A stretch of 63,741 nucleotides of DNA, filler included, from Reclinomonas americana ATCC 50394 (Eukaryota), in NCBI GenBank assembly GCA_048213135.1. It is 27 parts of 27 records of this genome, joined end to end, with 100 filler letters (N's around TTAATTAATTAA, not from the genome) between each part and the next. Parts side by side here need not be neighbours in the genome. Positions count along the whole stretch, not along the records: positions 38,750 to 41,764 come from AFZH01024097.1; positions 41,865 to 43,772 come from AFZH01024098.1; positions 43,873 to 45,555 come from AFZH01024099.1; positions 45,656 to 47,351 come from AFZH01024100.1; positions 47,452 to 49,153 come from AFZH01024101.1; positions 49,254 to 54,742 come from AFZH01024102.1; 21 more parts are not named here. One strand, written 5' to 3'. The notes under the pieces are model-generated. The model had not been told where the DNA came from. It did not search any database and saw nothing but the letters and a program-made list of their open reading frames with translations. This document shows positions 40,201 through 51,867 of this stretch, piece by piece. Each line of letters starts with the position of its first letter. Within the stretch, counting starts at the first letter, position 1. Both the position numbers and the translations under genes were made by a program.

Positions 40201-41864
40201 CTCAAGCTCGCTTCTCGCAGAGAGTAAGAGAAAGGAAAACAAGCTTTTGACGCAGAGAAACCACCGAAGACGACCAGAAATGCTCATTCAGTCTATGCAA
40301 ATACCTCCAGTCTACAAAGTCCATCCACTATCCTCTGCAATACGAACTCTATTCCAACGTAATTTCGTGCATCTCGCTCAACATACATGCTTTCATCCGC
40401 AGTGTCTCTCTGGCCACTGTTACAACTCACTCATTCTGTTCACCGTTGCTTCCCCATTCCTCCTCCCTCGACCTCCACTTTCTCCTTGCCAGCTGAACTA
40501 GTCTCACTCTCTCGCCCTCGCTCACTAACTCACGTAGCTGTCGCACAAGGAAGCAACCGCACATTCTCATTGGCCCCAGTTTCTATTCACTCCATCTCAC
40601 CTCTCACCTCCTCTCTTCTCTCTCTTCTTCCCCTTTCCTTTCTCTTACATTCCTTTATCTCCTCTCATCTTTCCTCTCATCCCCTCTCTCACACATTCTC
40701 CTCTTTTCCTCTCTCACTTCTCCTCCTTCTCTTCTCCTTTCTTCCCTTCTTCTTCTCTCTTCTCCTCCAGCCTCTTCTCGTCTCCTCCCCTCTCTTTCCT
40801 CTTCTCTCTTCCCATCACCCATTTCCCTTCTCCTTTCCTCTCTTCCATTCCGCTTCCCTTCTCCTCCCGTCTCTTCCCGTCTCATCCCCTCCCGTCTCCT
40901 CCTTGTCCTCTCCTCTCTTTCCTTCGTCCATTTCCCTTCTCCTCTCCTCTCTTCCATTCCGCTCTCTTCCCTTCTCCTCCTTCTCTTCCCCTCCCGTCTC
41001 CATTCCCTTTTCCTCCCCTCCCGTCTCCTCCTTCTCCACTTATCCCTTCCTTTCCCCCCTCCCTTCCCTTTTCCCATGTGCACACCGAACGTCGCTGAAG
41101 AAGATGGGCATGGAGAGCAACCAGCTGCGCCGAGTGGTGGACAGGTGCTGCATGGAGATGCTGTGGGCGGAATATGTGATCTTCGCTATCCGCTGCGCAG
41201 GTGAACTCGTTAGTATACAGCGACATCTCTTGCATCGAATACACATGTCTCACCAGCCAACTAACTCGACGAGTGTACTCTCGACGAATATGTCAAGTAA
41301 TTGAGGGCATCTCTTCGCCATGAAGAATACGACACGAAACCCTTGACCAAGGTGCAGCTGGACCAAAGATCATCTGCATCAGAAATAGATGCAGCCAGCG
41401 ACGACGACAAACAACCTGTATTGTGATTCGTCAGATCGCTGAGGTCATTTTGCACATTGTTAACGCCGAGCACATAGTTCGGCTTGGCGCATATTGCAAG
41501 CACGACAAGCTAGGGGTCCACGCGTGCCCGCATCATCCGTAAGCTACAAACGATCAAGTCGGCGGACAGTTTATGGTTGTTGATACACGAGCTTCCGTTT
41601 GCCCTTGTTACAAAATCACGCCGGTGAAATCAGGCAGGAAGGAGCCGACAATGCGCAGGAGTAGCTCTCCATCGTGGTGTGCAAGTGGTGAATCCTTCCA
41701 TCTTGGAAGAACACGCTGTCCATCAACCTCTGTACACATCCCGTCCGTGTGGCCTTCCAGTCCGNNNNNNNNNNNNNNNNNNNNNNNNNNNNNNNNNNNN
41801 NNNNNNNNTTAATTAATTAANNNNNNNNNNNNNNNNNNNNNNNNNNNNNNNNNNNNNNNNNNNN

Positions 41865-43772
41865 ACACGTACAGTCTTGTCTTGACTGCCGCTCACGACG
41901 TGGAGGCCATCTGGTGTCACTGCCACAGCCCTCACCGCTTTCGTGTGCCCTTCCAGTCGGCGCACTTCCTCGCCAGTTGCCACTGACCACACATGTACAG
42001 TACCGTCAGCACTGCCACTCACAATGTGCTGGCCATCGGGTGTCACTGCCACTGCGCTCACCACACTCGTATGGCCTTCAATTGGTTTTCTCGGCCACTT
42101 CATACCCGTCATATACGCCCCCGTGAAATCCGCCTCTCTCGCAAATGCCATGCACACATTCACCCCTCGCATATCCGCTCCCCTCCACACAGTCCTGTGC
42201 ATCACTGCATCCCTCAAGTCCGCACCGGGTATTCGCACACCGGACAGTTCGCGCCCGCTGAACGAGACCTCGGCGAGACACAGCGCACTGGCCGCACTCG
42301 ACGACACGGCAGCGACTCTTTCCTCCGTGCGTGAAAGAGCAATCACCTTCCACAGTACGTCATGGAGAGACGGATCAGCCTGCACTTGCTCGGCGACGAA
42401 TGACAGGATGGAATTAAGTCCCTGCAGCCAGCGAAGAAGGGGTGAGCGCATGTCGTGAGAGCGAATGATGGAAAGGATGCACTCACTTCATCCGATGTGA
42501 GCAGTGTCCGCTGGCCACTGAAGCTGGCGCACAGTCTGTCGAGCCGATCCTGCACCGAGGTAGGTTGACAATCATGCAGAATGAATGATCAGAGAAGCAT
42601 GACGATACTCACCTCCAACTCCACCTCCTCATCGGCCAACAACCGCACATCAGCCAGCCACGACTGAGCGGCAAAGTACTCCAGCACCGATTTGTGCATG
42701 AACTCCACACGCTGTTGCGATGCTCCGAGTCGACTCCACTTCAACAATGCCTGTGTCGTATCTCGAATGAGAACGCAGGGAATGCATCGCCATGAGAGAG
42801 GGACGACGCAACAGCGCGAACAAGGGAGTTCTGCAGCGGATCATCACGATCAAACCACTTGTTCCACACATGCTGCTCTGCGACAGCTTGTTGAGTGTGC
42901 TGTGATGAATGAAGGATAGTGAGCTGAGACACGCAGATGGAACAGGAATTGTAGCACACTTCTCATGTTGAACGTACAGACCTCGAGCTTTCCCTGCCGC
43001 ACAGATACCAAAGAGTGTTGCATCATCTCTCCAGCAAGCTCCGAGCAAAAGTCCCACACTCGCAGACAGAAATTCTCTTCCGATTCTTCGTCGCCATACA
43101 ACTGTGCAAGAATGATTTGTGTAAGAAGGCATGTATTCCACACTGTGATCCACAACCGCCAACGGCACACCTGACGAATGTGCACTTGGTGATGCTCAAA
43201 CTCCCAGCGCAGTTTGTGTTTGGCAAACGCCTCATACAAACGTGCACGAGTTACACGATTCGTGAAGAGTGCAGTACCACCGCCAGCGCCGTCATGGCGG
43301 TGCTGCAACCGTTCCAGATCTTCCATCACCAGAACAATCATATTCAACATCAGGGGCTGTTATGGAAATGGGGGAAAGGAGGAAAGTGAGTACCACCGCC
43401 GCCACTGCATGTACATGTGAAATTCTTTTGTTGTGCTGTCACTTTTCTTGTCGCTCTCGTACAACACTCTTCACGTCGATATCAGAGCGCACTCTGTTTC
43501 CTTCCATCATCAACGACTCACCGACGAAGCCAGTCCATCCAATCCCGGCGTGCGCTCGATCTGCTGCTTGTACTGCTCCCATGAGCGAGGGTGATCCGCT
43601 CGTGACTCCACAAACCTGCTCACACAAAAGTGAATGTGTAATCCAAGTGAACAAGCACGGCAGAGCAGCGATGGCACTCAACTTGTGCAAAAAGAGATCA
43701 ATGTCATCCTTGGAGAACAGACGCAGCATACATCGTACAAGCGTACGCTCCGACTGATGAAGCCGCTCGGCA
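41865..43772 (-). CDS. Spliced NACHT/STAND-pentapeptide-WD40 (NLR-like) protein, internal fragment
   Basis: Motifs appear in the expected order: LFSKDDIDLFL; PLMLNMIVLVM; VTRARLYEAF; FMHKSVLEYFAA (42702-42667, NACHT winged-helix signature); FSGRELSGVRIPGADLRDA...GADMRGVN...ADFTGA (pentapeptide); then WD40 repeats. The Walker A lies outside the contig. Confidence 0.8.
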
Positions 43773-43872
43773 NNNNNNNNNNNNNNNNNNNNNNNNNNNN
43801 NNNNNNNNNNNNNNNNTTAATTAATTAANNNNNNNNNNNNNNNNNNNNNNNNNNNNNNNNNNNNNNNNNNNN

Positions 43873-45771
43873 CAGCCGGCCCGCCAAGAGCGGTCCAAGT
43901 GACACCCAGGTCGGCCGACACGAAGTTCTGGTTGGTGTTGACTTGCGAGGCGTACAACAACCGTCCGTCGCCGCTCAGTTGCACGGCGCTCGCGAACGCA
44001 AACACGCCCACGGGCAAGCTGCGCTGCGCCCACGTGTGACCGCCATCCGTCGACACGGCAATGTCGTCGTCGACGGCGACAGCAGAGACGACAACTGTCG
44101 TGCCATCCTCGCTCATCGTTATCGACTGGAAAGAGACGTTGGAACCGGTCGACACGCCAGTCCATGTCGCCCCACCATTCTCGGAGATCCGGACGTCCAC
44201 CGGCTTGGCAGTGGTGATGGCGACCAGCTTCCTACCGTCGGCACTCATCACGACGCCGCGCACACGGAGAGAAGCGGTGTTGCTGAGGACTTTTGTCCAG
44301 GTCGCGCCCAGGTCTTGCGAAGTGAATACGCCACCGGCTGTATTTGCATACGACGCAGCAAGGTTTCGACCACTGCGACTTGCGGCAACAGTGGGAACGA
44401 AGCCGCTGAGGAGGCCAACCAGTGGGCTCACGCGTTTGATACAAGAATCCGCGCAGATAGCCACAGTTGCCGTCTGCTGCAGGCACACTTGTCCACCAGT
44501 GCACGCCTCCGTCATCGGCGTGCCGTTGCAGGAGAGCACGCTCATGCCGTCGGAGGAGCACACGGACTCGCCGACACCCAGCTGACACTGGCTGCAGTCC
44601 GACCCGAAGAAGCCAGCGGGGCACTGCGGCGGCGCACCGACAGTGACTCGGCCCACGGTGGTCCACGTGACAAGCGTCGTGTTGCCGGCTCCCGGGTCCT
44701 CCGTGGAAAACGTAAAGCCGCTCACAAACGTCTCGCCGCCGACCACGTGCGTCTGCAACGCGAGCGAGCTGTTCAATACGTGGTGGCTGATCACGGCTCC
44801 GCCACTGGACTTGGATTTCCAACCACGCAAGAACAGCTGCGTCGTCAAGGTGGCAGCGAGGAGTCCATTCGGCGCGTCTACCGAAATCAAGCTGATCGTA
44901 GCCGTGAGCGAGTCAGAGGTGTGCGTGGTCTCTGTTTTGGTGGACAGGTGTGAGATGCTTCTCATTACACAGAAAGAGAAAAGGCAGTAGCACACGCACC
45001 ACCCGCTCGCATAACAAAGCCCGTGCGGTTGGAAGCATCTTCACGGGCCGGGCCAATGGCAACTCGCGCATACAGGCGCTCTACTTGCGCGTCGCCGGTG
45101 ACAACGCCGTTGACGTCACCATCTGTGCGGCTGACGGATCCGTGTGACAGCACAAAGCTGTCGGAGAGTGTGGCCCCAGTAGCGTCAGGCGATGCCCGTC
45201 GTCTGGCGCGCACGCCAGTCAGTGCCACGGCCAGTGTTGGCACGGATGCGAAGGGGTACACGGCCGAGACGCTGCGTCGCTGCATTGATGAAGAAGGTAA
45301 GCGAAACACCGCGATGTACAAGAAAGAGACTCGTAGTCATACTCGCCACCAGCACAGATTTGTTGGTGGCTGCACTGAGCCAACCCTTACTGCTGAGTTG
45401 AACAGTGCGCGAGAGGGTGAAGGCGTCCGAATGATGCACGTAGTACGCGAGGTACGCTGCACGAATATGAAGGACGATTGTGAGTACAAAGCATTATCGA
45501 GGGGGGTTACACCACACACAGACACTCTGTCTCTCCCTCTCTCTCATTCTCTCTCNNNNNNNNNNNNNNNNNNNNNNNNNNNNNNNNNNNNNNNNNNNNT
45601 TAATTAATTAANNNNNNNNNNNNNNNNNNNNNNNNNNNNNNNNNNNNNNNNNNNNACTCTCTCTCTCTCTCCCATCTCTCTCACTCTCAGTCTCCCTCTC
45701 CCTCATTTCTCTCAGTCTCTCTCAGTCTCTCTTACTCTCTCCCTCTCTCTTCCATCTCTCTCTCTCTCCCA

Positions 45772-45802
<31 letters not shown>

Positions 45803-48486
45803 TCTCTTGCATACATACACCAAGCACGACGACGCACTCAATTCAATCTGCGGCACGTTGGCAGCGTCGACACTGGAGGTCACCACACACGAGACCACCA
45901 CCTTCTTGTTCGTCACCGCCGGCTCGCCACACAGCACACTGGTGTCGCCCACAACGTCACTTGCGCCGACACTCGTGTACCCGGTGAGACCGACAAGTAC
46001 TTGCGGTGTGGCGTAGAACGCACGCGCAAAGGTGAAACTCGTGGTCGTGCGAGTCGACACCACGCCGACAATCGGCGTCGCCATGGTGTTGAATGCGGAT
46101 TGCTGCTGCGAATCTGTGCCACCGGTGGTGACAGTCGACTGGGTGGTGCCCATGGCGGACAGCTGAAGTGCAGCCGACGCCTGGATGCTACCAGTCATCG
46201 GCACTTGTCCGACCAACACCGAGTAGCCCGACACCAGCAACTGGCCAGTCGATGTGTACGGTCCGTTGTTGATGGCCACACACAGGTTGGCGGCGGCACC
46301 GCCCGTCGGTGAATTGGGAGTCACCGACAGGCTGAAGAGAGAGCATCCACCGCCCGAGGTCGACTTGCACAGCAATGGACCGAGCACCGTCAACGAAGCA
46401 CCGACGCCGGTGACCACCGAGTCGTAGACCGGCGTGTCGCTACACTGCTGCCCGATGGCCACCAGCTTGAACACCGTGCACGAGTTGAAGCCGTTGGTGA
46501 TCGAGCCAACGTGGACAATGTTGGCACGCCCAAACGCAAGCACATGCGGGTTAACAAACGACACGGTTGATGCTGACGACGAAGGCGGATCCACGAGCAC
46601 AATGGAGCTGTTGGAGAGGAGGAGCAGCGGCGAAGTGGCGGAGGTGGGATGGAATCTAGCCAAATGACCGACGGGTGAGTGAGTGAGTGTGTACCGAGAG
46701 ACAGCTCAGGCCGGCAACATCAACAGACCGTCCACACAAGTGGTACACGCCAGCGGGGGCCACCAAACACGTGCCTGAAGCTGAGGCACCGAGCGACGGA
46801 GAGCCAATGTACGTCGCCGTTTCCACCGAGAAGATGACGGTGGTTTCGGTGACGCCCGCCGGGCCAAGGCTGACGGAAGTGGCTACCACGGGCGAGCCGC
46901 TGCAATCGCTGGCGGCATACAGACCGAACACGCCAAGGTCGGGGTTCCAGGTGACGGACGGAGGAAAGTTGTTGCCCTGAACCGTCAGCACCAGCTGCGA
47001 CGCTTGGCCGGTGTACAGCGCGGTTGGGGAGCCGTCGGATTCGGCCAGCGTGACTGCATTCACAAAGGAAAGGCAACAGTGAGGGGGGAGCAGGGGGAAG
47101 AGCATGGGGGAAGAGGAAGGGGGAAGAGGAAGGGGGAAGAGGAAGGGGGAAGAGCGAAGGGGGAAGAGGAAGGGGGAAGAGAACGGGGAAGGAGGGGGAA
47201 AGAGAAGGGAGCAGAGAGCGAGGGAAGAGATGGGCAAGAGTGAATAAAGAGTGGGGAAGCCCGAAAGGGGGAGACCAAGGGGGAAGACCGAGAGTGAAAG
47301 AGAAGGGGTCGAGCAAAGGGGGAAGAGCAAGGGGAGGAGAAAGAGGTAGGGNNNNNNNNNNNNNNNNNNNNNNNNNNNNNNNNNNNNNNNNNNNNTTAAT
47401 TAATTAANNNNNNNNNNNNNNNNNNNNNNNNNNNNNNNNNNNNNNNNNNNNAGCTTGCTGGTGTGCTTGCTGGTGTGCTTGCTGGTGTGCTTGCTGGTGT
47501 GCTGGCTGGTGCGTGCTGGTGTGCTGGTGGGCGTGCTGGTGTGCTGGTGTGCTGGTGGGCGTGCTTGCTGGTGTGCTTGCTGGTGTGCTTGCTGGTGTGC
47601 TTGCTGGTGTGCTTGCTGGTGTGCTGGCTGGTGTACTGGCTGGTGTGCTGGCTGGTGTGCTGGCTGGTGTACTGGCTGGTGTGCTTGCTGGTGTGCTTGC
47701 TGGTGTGCTGGCTGGTGTACTAGCTGGTGTGCTGGCTGGTGTGCTTGCTGGTGTGCTTGCTGGTGTGCTTGCTGGTGTGCTGGTGGGCGTTCTGGCTGGT
47801 GTGCCCTTGTCGACATCTGCGGCTCAGCGTCAGTGAGTCCAGGAGCAGTTACTGCAGCAGTAGGATATGTATTATGTAAATCGATATGTAGTCTTGTCAC
47901 ATGTCACGGGGTGGGGACAATTGGTCACAGGGCGAACAAAGCGAACACCACGTGACTCCCCGTGACGGGTGCGCAAGGCCAGTTTCGCAGCCGAGATTCC
48001 TGTCACGGGGTGTCACGAGGTGAGAGTGTCACCGACTTTCCGAACACCCCGTGACAGGAATCTGTCACGGGGTGTCACGGGGTGCAGCTAACTCCGTATG
48101 GTTGCCTCCAGCGACACCCCGTGACAGAGATTCCTTGTACCTGTGCATGGCAAGCGTGGAAACTCCAGCGGTGAAGGCGGTGGGGGCAAAGGCAAAGTCC
48201 ACAGCTTGATTCGCGACGCCTGCCTTGATGACAATCTCCGCCGGCGCGAATCCTGCGCAGCGACCGCGATGAGCACATACAGAAGAGAGCGAAAGCAAAC
48301 AGAGCAGTGAACGAAGGCGGCGAAACAAAAAATGCGCGCGAAACCACTAAAGATGCCGTTACAAGGGAAAAAAAAGGAGGAGAGACACTCACCGCTCTGG
48401 ATTGCAGCAGCGCCAGTGCAGAGACCGACGATGAGGAGCAACAGTGGAACCGCCCATGCCGAGCGCTGAGTGGCGGTCATCATCAT
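43873..48486 (-). CDS. Large multi-exon secreted/surface protein: signal peptide, beta-rich modules, H-lectin-like segments, EGF-like and BNR/Asp-box repeats (joining across linkers inferred)
   Basis: Signal MMMTATQRSAWAVPLLLLIVGLCTGAAA at 48486. Also FGLYAASDCSG...GVYHLC; FARAFYATPQVLVGLTG and YPFASVPTLAVALTG; CPAGFFGSDCSQC; and Asp-boxes SQDLGATW, SENGGATW, STDGGHTW and SADLGVTW. Confidence 0.55.
47453..47805. repeat. 12-bp tandem minisatellite (GCTGGTGTGCTK)n, about 28 units
   Basis: Directly visible, with no spacers; probably intronic. Confidence 0.95.
47993..48134. mobile_element. MITE-like element: 126 bp (48001-48126), 14-bp TIRs, 8-bp flanking direct repeat
   Basis: TGTCACGGGGTGTC at 48001-48014 and GACACCCCGTGACA at 48113-48126; GAGATTCC at both 47993-48000 and 48127-48134. 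Confidence 0.6.
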
Positions 48487-49069
48487 GTTGTCTGTGTGGA
48501 GGAGAGAGTGCAGTATGTCAGAAACAGAAGCGGCGCGCACGCAAGAAAAAGACGACCCACTCACCGAGATGTGGCTGCTTGTGCTCTGCTTAGAGTGCCT
48601 CGTCTCTCCTCACGCAATCACGCACACACACACACACACACCCGGCCGACAGGGGACATTTGTTCGGTTGACGACGGACGTCGTCGCTCGCTGATCACGA
48701 CGCTGACTGTGTACGGCACTGTGTGTGGCGCGAATGCAAAGGGTAGTTGCCATCATTCGCGACGCCTGGTCCCAAACGGCGGAGTTGCTCCGTGTCGGCG
48801 ATGGAACGTGGAGAGCGATATCTCTTTGGAAAGAGCAGCATTCGCCTGGCGATCTTATCTGCATGCAGCACCAATGTCATGAGGAAAGGGGGAGCAAAAG
48901 AAGTGTGAGAAAGGAGAACCCGGATCCGTGACAAGAAGAACAGGGAAAGAGAAGTAAACAGCAGAAAGTGAGGGGAAGAGCGCGAGCGAGAGAGAGAGAG
49001 AAATGACTACAAAGGCAATGAGCGGGGAGTGAATGGCAAGAGCACGACGAGGTGATGCGCGATAGACAG

Positions 49070-49129
<60 letters not shown>

Positions 49130-49253
49130 AGAAGACGACGAGAGAGAGAGAGANNNNNNNNNNNNNNNNNNNNNNNNNNNNNNNNNNNNNNNNNNNNTTA
49201 ATTAATTAANNNNNNNNNNNNNNNNNNNNNNNNNNNNNNNNNNNNNNNNNNNN

Positions 49254-51282
49254 GAGGCGTCTCGCTGCCGGGCTCAGAGGTGCCGGGCGACGTGCCTTCC
49301 CCGGTCGACGGAGTCGTCGGCGTCTCCTCGCTCGGTGTCGACGGCTCGGCAGTCACAGGAGGCGTTTCGGTGACCGGCTCGGAGGTCGTCGGCGGCGTGC
49401 CGCTGCCGTTCCCGCTCGACGGCGTCTCGACCTCGGGCGAGGTCCCGGTCAGCGCCGAACCGACCGAGTCGAACGGCACGGAGTCGATGCCATGCGCCTG
49501 CGCCACCGACCCCGAGACGAAACCATAATTGCCGTTCGTCGCGTCGACGAAGCCCGCCTGGCTCGTCTCGGTACTGCCGGTATCGCCGCCCTGGCGCTGG
49601 AAGCTCGCCAGCGAGACGTCGGCGATGGTCAGCTCGCCACCATTCGGATTGTAGTAGACATTGTCGTGGATCAGGCTCGGATCGGTCTGGTCGGTATCGA
49701 TCGTGTTGCTGCCGTCTCCGGAGACCTGGATGAAGTTGTTGTAGGTCTCGTTGCCGTCGATCGGATTGTCATCGGCTACGATCGTCGAGATTCCGTACTT
49801 GCCGTTGTCGAGCAGCGTGTTGTCGTGGATCTCGTTGTTCGATCCACCATGGATAAGGATGCCGCTGAACGTCGTCCCCTGGACGAAGTTGCCGTAGATC
49901 TGGGCATTGCTCGCCATGTTGTCGAGGTAGATGCCGGAGCTCCAATCTTCCGCGAAGCCGCCATCCTTGGTGTTCGTTCCACCGGTGTCGACGATGGTGT
50001 TGTAGCGGATGATGCTACCGTCCGCGCCGGAATCGTCGGCCGAGAACAGGTAGATGGCGCCAGTATCGGGCGTCTGCTGCCCGGAATGACGGATATCGTT
50101 GTATTCGATGGTGTTGCCGCCGGACTGGATGTCGGGATCGTAGTTGACCTCGGAGATGCCGAAGCGCGGCACGTTCGTGATCGTGTTGTGGTCGATCTGG
50201 TTGCCCGCCGACTCCTGCATGTCGATCGAGCCGTACTGGACGAACACCTCGTTCGAATGGTCGACAGTGTTGTTGGTGACGTGGTTGCCGCTCGTCCCCG
50301 CCGTCATGGCGATGGCGCTCGACCAGGTGTGCTCGAAGCTGTTGCTCGAGACGGTATTGCCGCTGCTGTCGCCGTGCAGGGCGACGCCGACGCCGACATT
50401 GACGAACTGGTTGCCCTCGATGACCACGCCGTTGGCGTCGTTCACCTCGATCGCGGCGGTGGTCGGGTCGCCCGAGCTCGAGGCGGTGTCGGTAAAGGTG
50501 ATGCCCTTGACGGTGACGTTGTCCGCTCCGTCGATGGAGATGATGCTGTGGTCGCCGGAGACGACGCCGCCCTCGCCGGTGAAGCCGTCCGGAGCCTTGT
50601 AGGAAATGGTCTGCGTCTGCTCGTCATAGGACCATTCGCCGACATTGTCCGGCGTGTCCTGGGAGACGTAGTAGCGGCTCGCGGCGCCAAGATCGTAATT
50701 GGCCTCCGTGGTGAAGGTCATCACATTGCCTTCGACCGAGGCGATGGTCAGCACTTCGCTGGAATAGCCGTTCTCTGTGAAGACCGTGACCGTGTCGCCG
50801 GCTTTCGGCTGCTCGCCGGCCGGGTAATCGGACGGATCGAACGCCATCGACTTCTGAGCATCATATCCCGCCGGCAGATCCTGCCCCCAGAGCCAGCCGC
50901 CATGAACCGGATCGCTCGGATCGACGTCGGGGTAACGGCTTTCGGTCTGCTTCTCGCCGTTGACGGTGAACTGCTGGACATCCTGCGCATCGACATGCGC
51001 CGTCCAGATTCCGTTAGCACCTTGCGTCCAGCCGCTCACCTGCGTGCCGCCGCTGATCACGACGTTCTGCCCGGACATCGCCACGATGGATGAACCGGAA
51101 TCGGCGGAGGTCAGCTTGAGAGCATCATCCACATAATAGGTGCCACCGGCGATGTAGACCGTGTCCGCACCCTTGCTCTGGTGCATGGCTTCGACGGCCC
51201 GCTCCAGCGTCTGGAAAGATGAACTTTCATTCAATCCCGTATTATTATCGCTTCCGGTGGTCGAGACGTAAAATGTGGCCAT
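49254..51282 (-). CDS. Right-handed parallel beta-helix repeat protein (putative secreted glycanase), 3' truncated
   Basis: TFYVSTTGSD.N.G start, VVISGG...W, many PbH1 repeats, DTGAIY and GIYLDN.ASN..IYGN, then a Pro/Thr/Ser/Glu linker. No signal peptide. Confidence 0.85.
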
Positions 51283-51867
51283 AAAGGGGCTCCTTTTTTG
51301 GCTGCAACACGTTAAGTGATCGCTGCCTAGATACCCTTGAGGCCTGATTCGGTGCTACCGGAACTGACGAGCCCTTACTCCGAAGGATTAGTTCATTCGG
51401 ATTAGTCATCTTGTTTTGGCGCACTATATCAATGGATTGTTTCTTGGCGCAGTCTCCCCCGCCCTGTTGATGGATTGGCCTGATCGGCTCCGAGGCGCCA
51501 GTTTACAGCGCAGGCGGAGCCCTCAAATGGCCTTATTCTCGCAGCCAGAAGGCGAAATCACCCCATAACTCAACGCGGCCTTGTCCGAATCGGTTCCACC
51601 ATCCGCATGGCAGATGGTCAGGTGATGGTCGCAGAACCGGGCGCTTGCGGCGAGGCGATCGACATAGGCCCGGAAGGCGGCCAACGTCCCGACCGGGCGT
51701 TGGCAGCCGTCGCAGATCACCAGCGCCTCTCCCGAGAGGTCGCTCGGCAGATGAACGGCGGGCGATCCACAACCCTGGCAGCTGAACCCGCCAGCCTGCG
51801 GCGCCGGCGCAGATGCGCCGAGATCCGGGGCTGGCGAGCAGCGCGGCGTAGCGATGCAGGCGGCTGC

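Noticed and set aside
47453..47805. CRISPR array or repetitive protein ORFs (HQQA/CAGW/VLAG)
   Set aside because: Contiguous 12-bp units without unique spacers, no cas genes and a eukaryotic context; the ORFs are by-products of a stop-free repeat.
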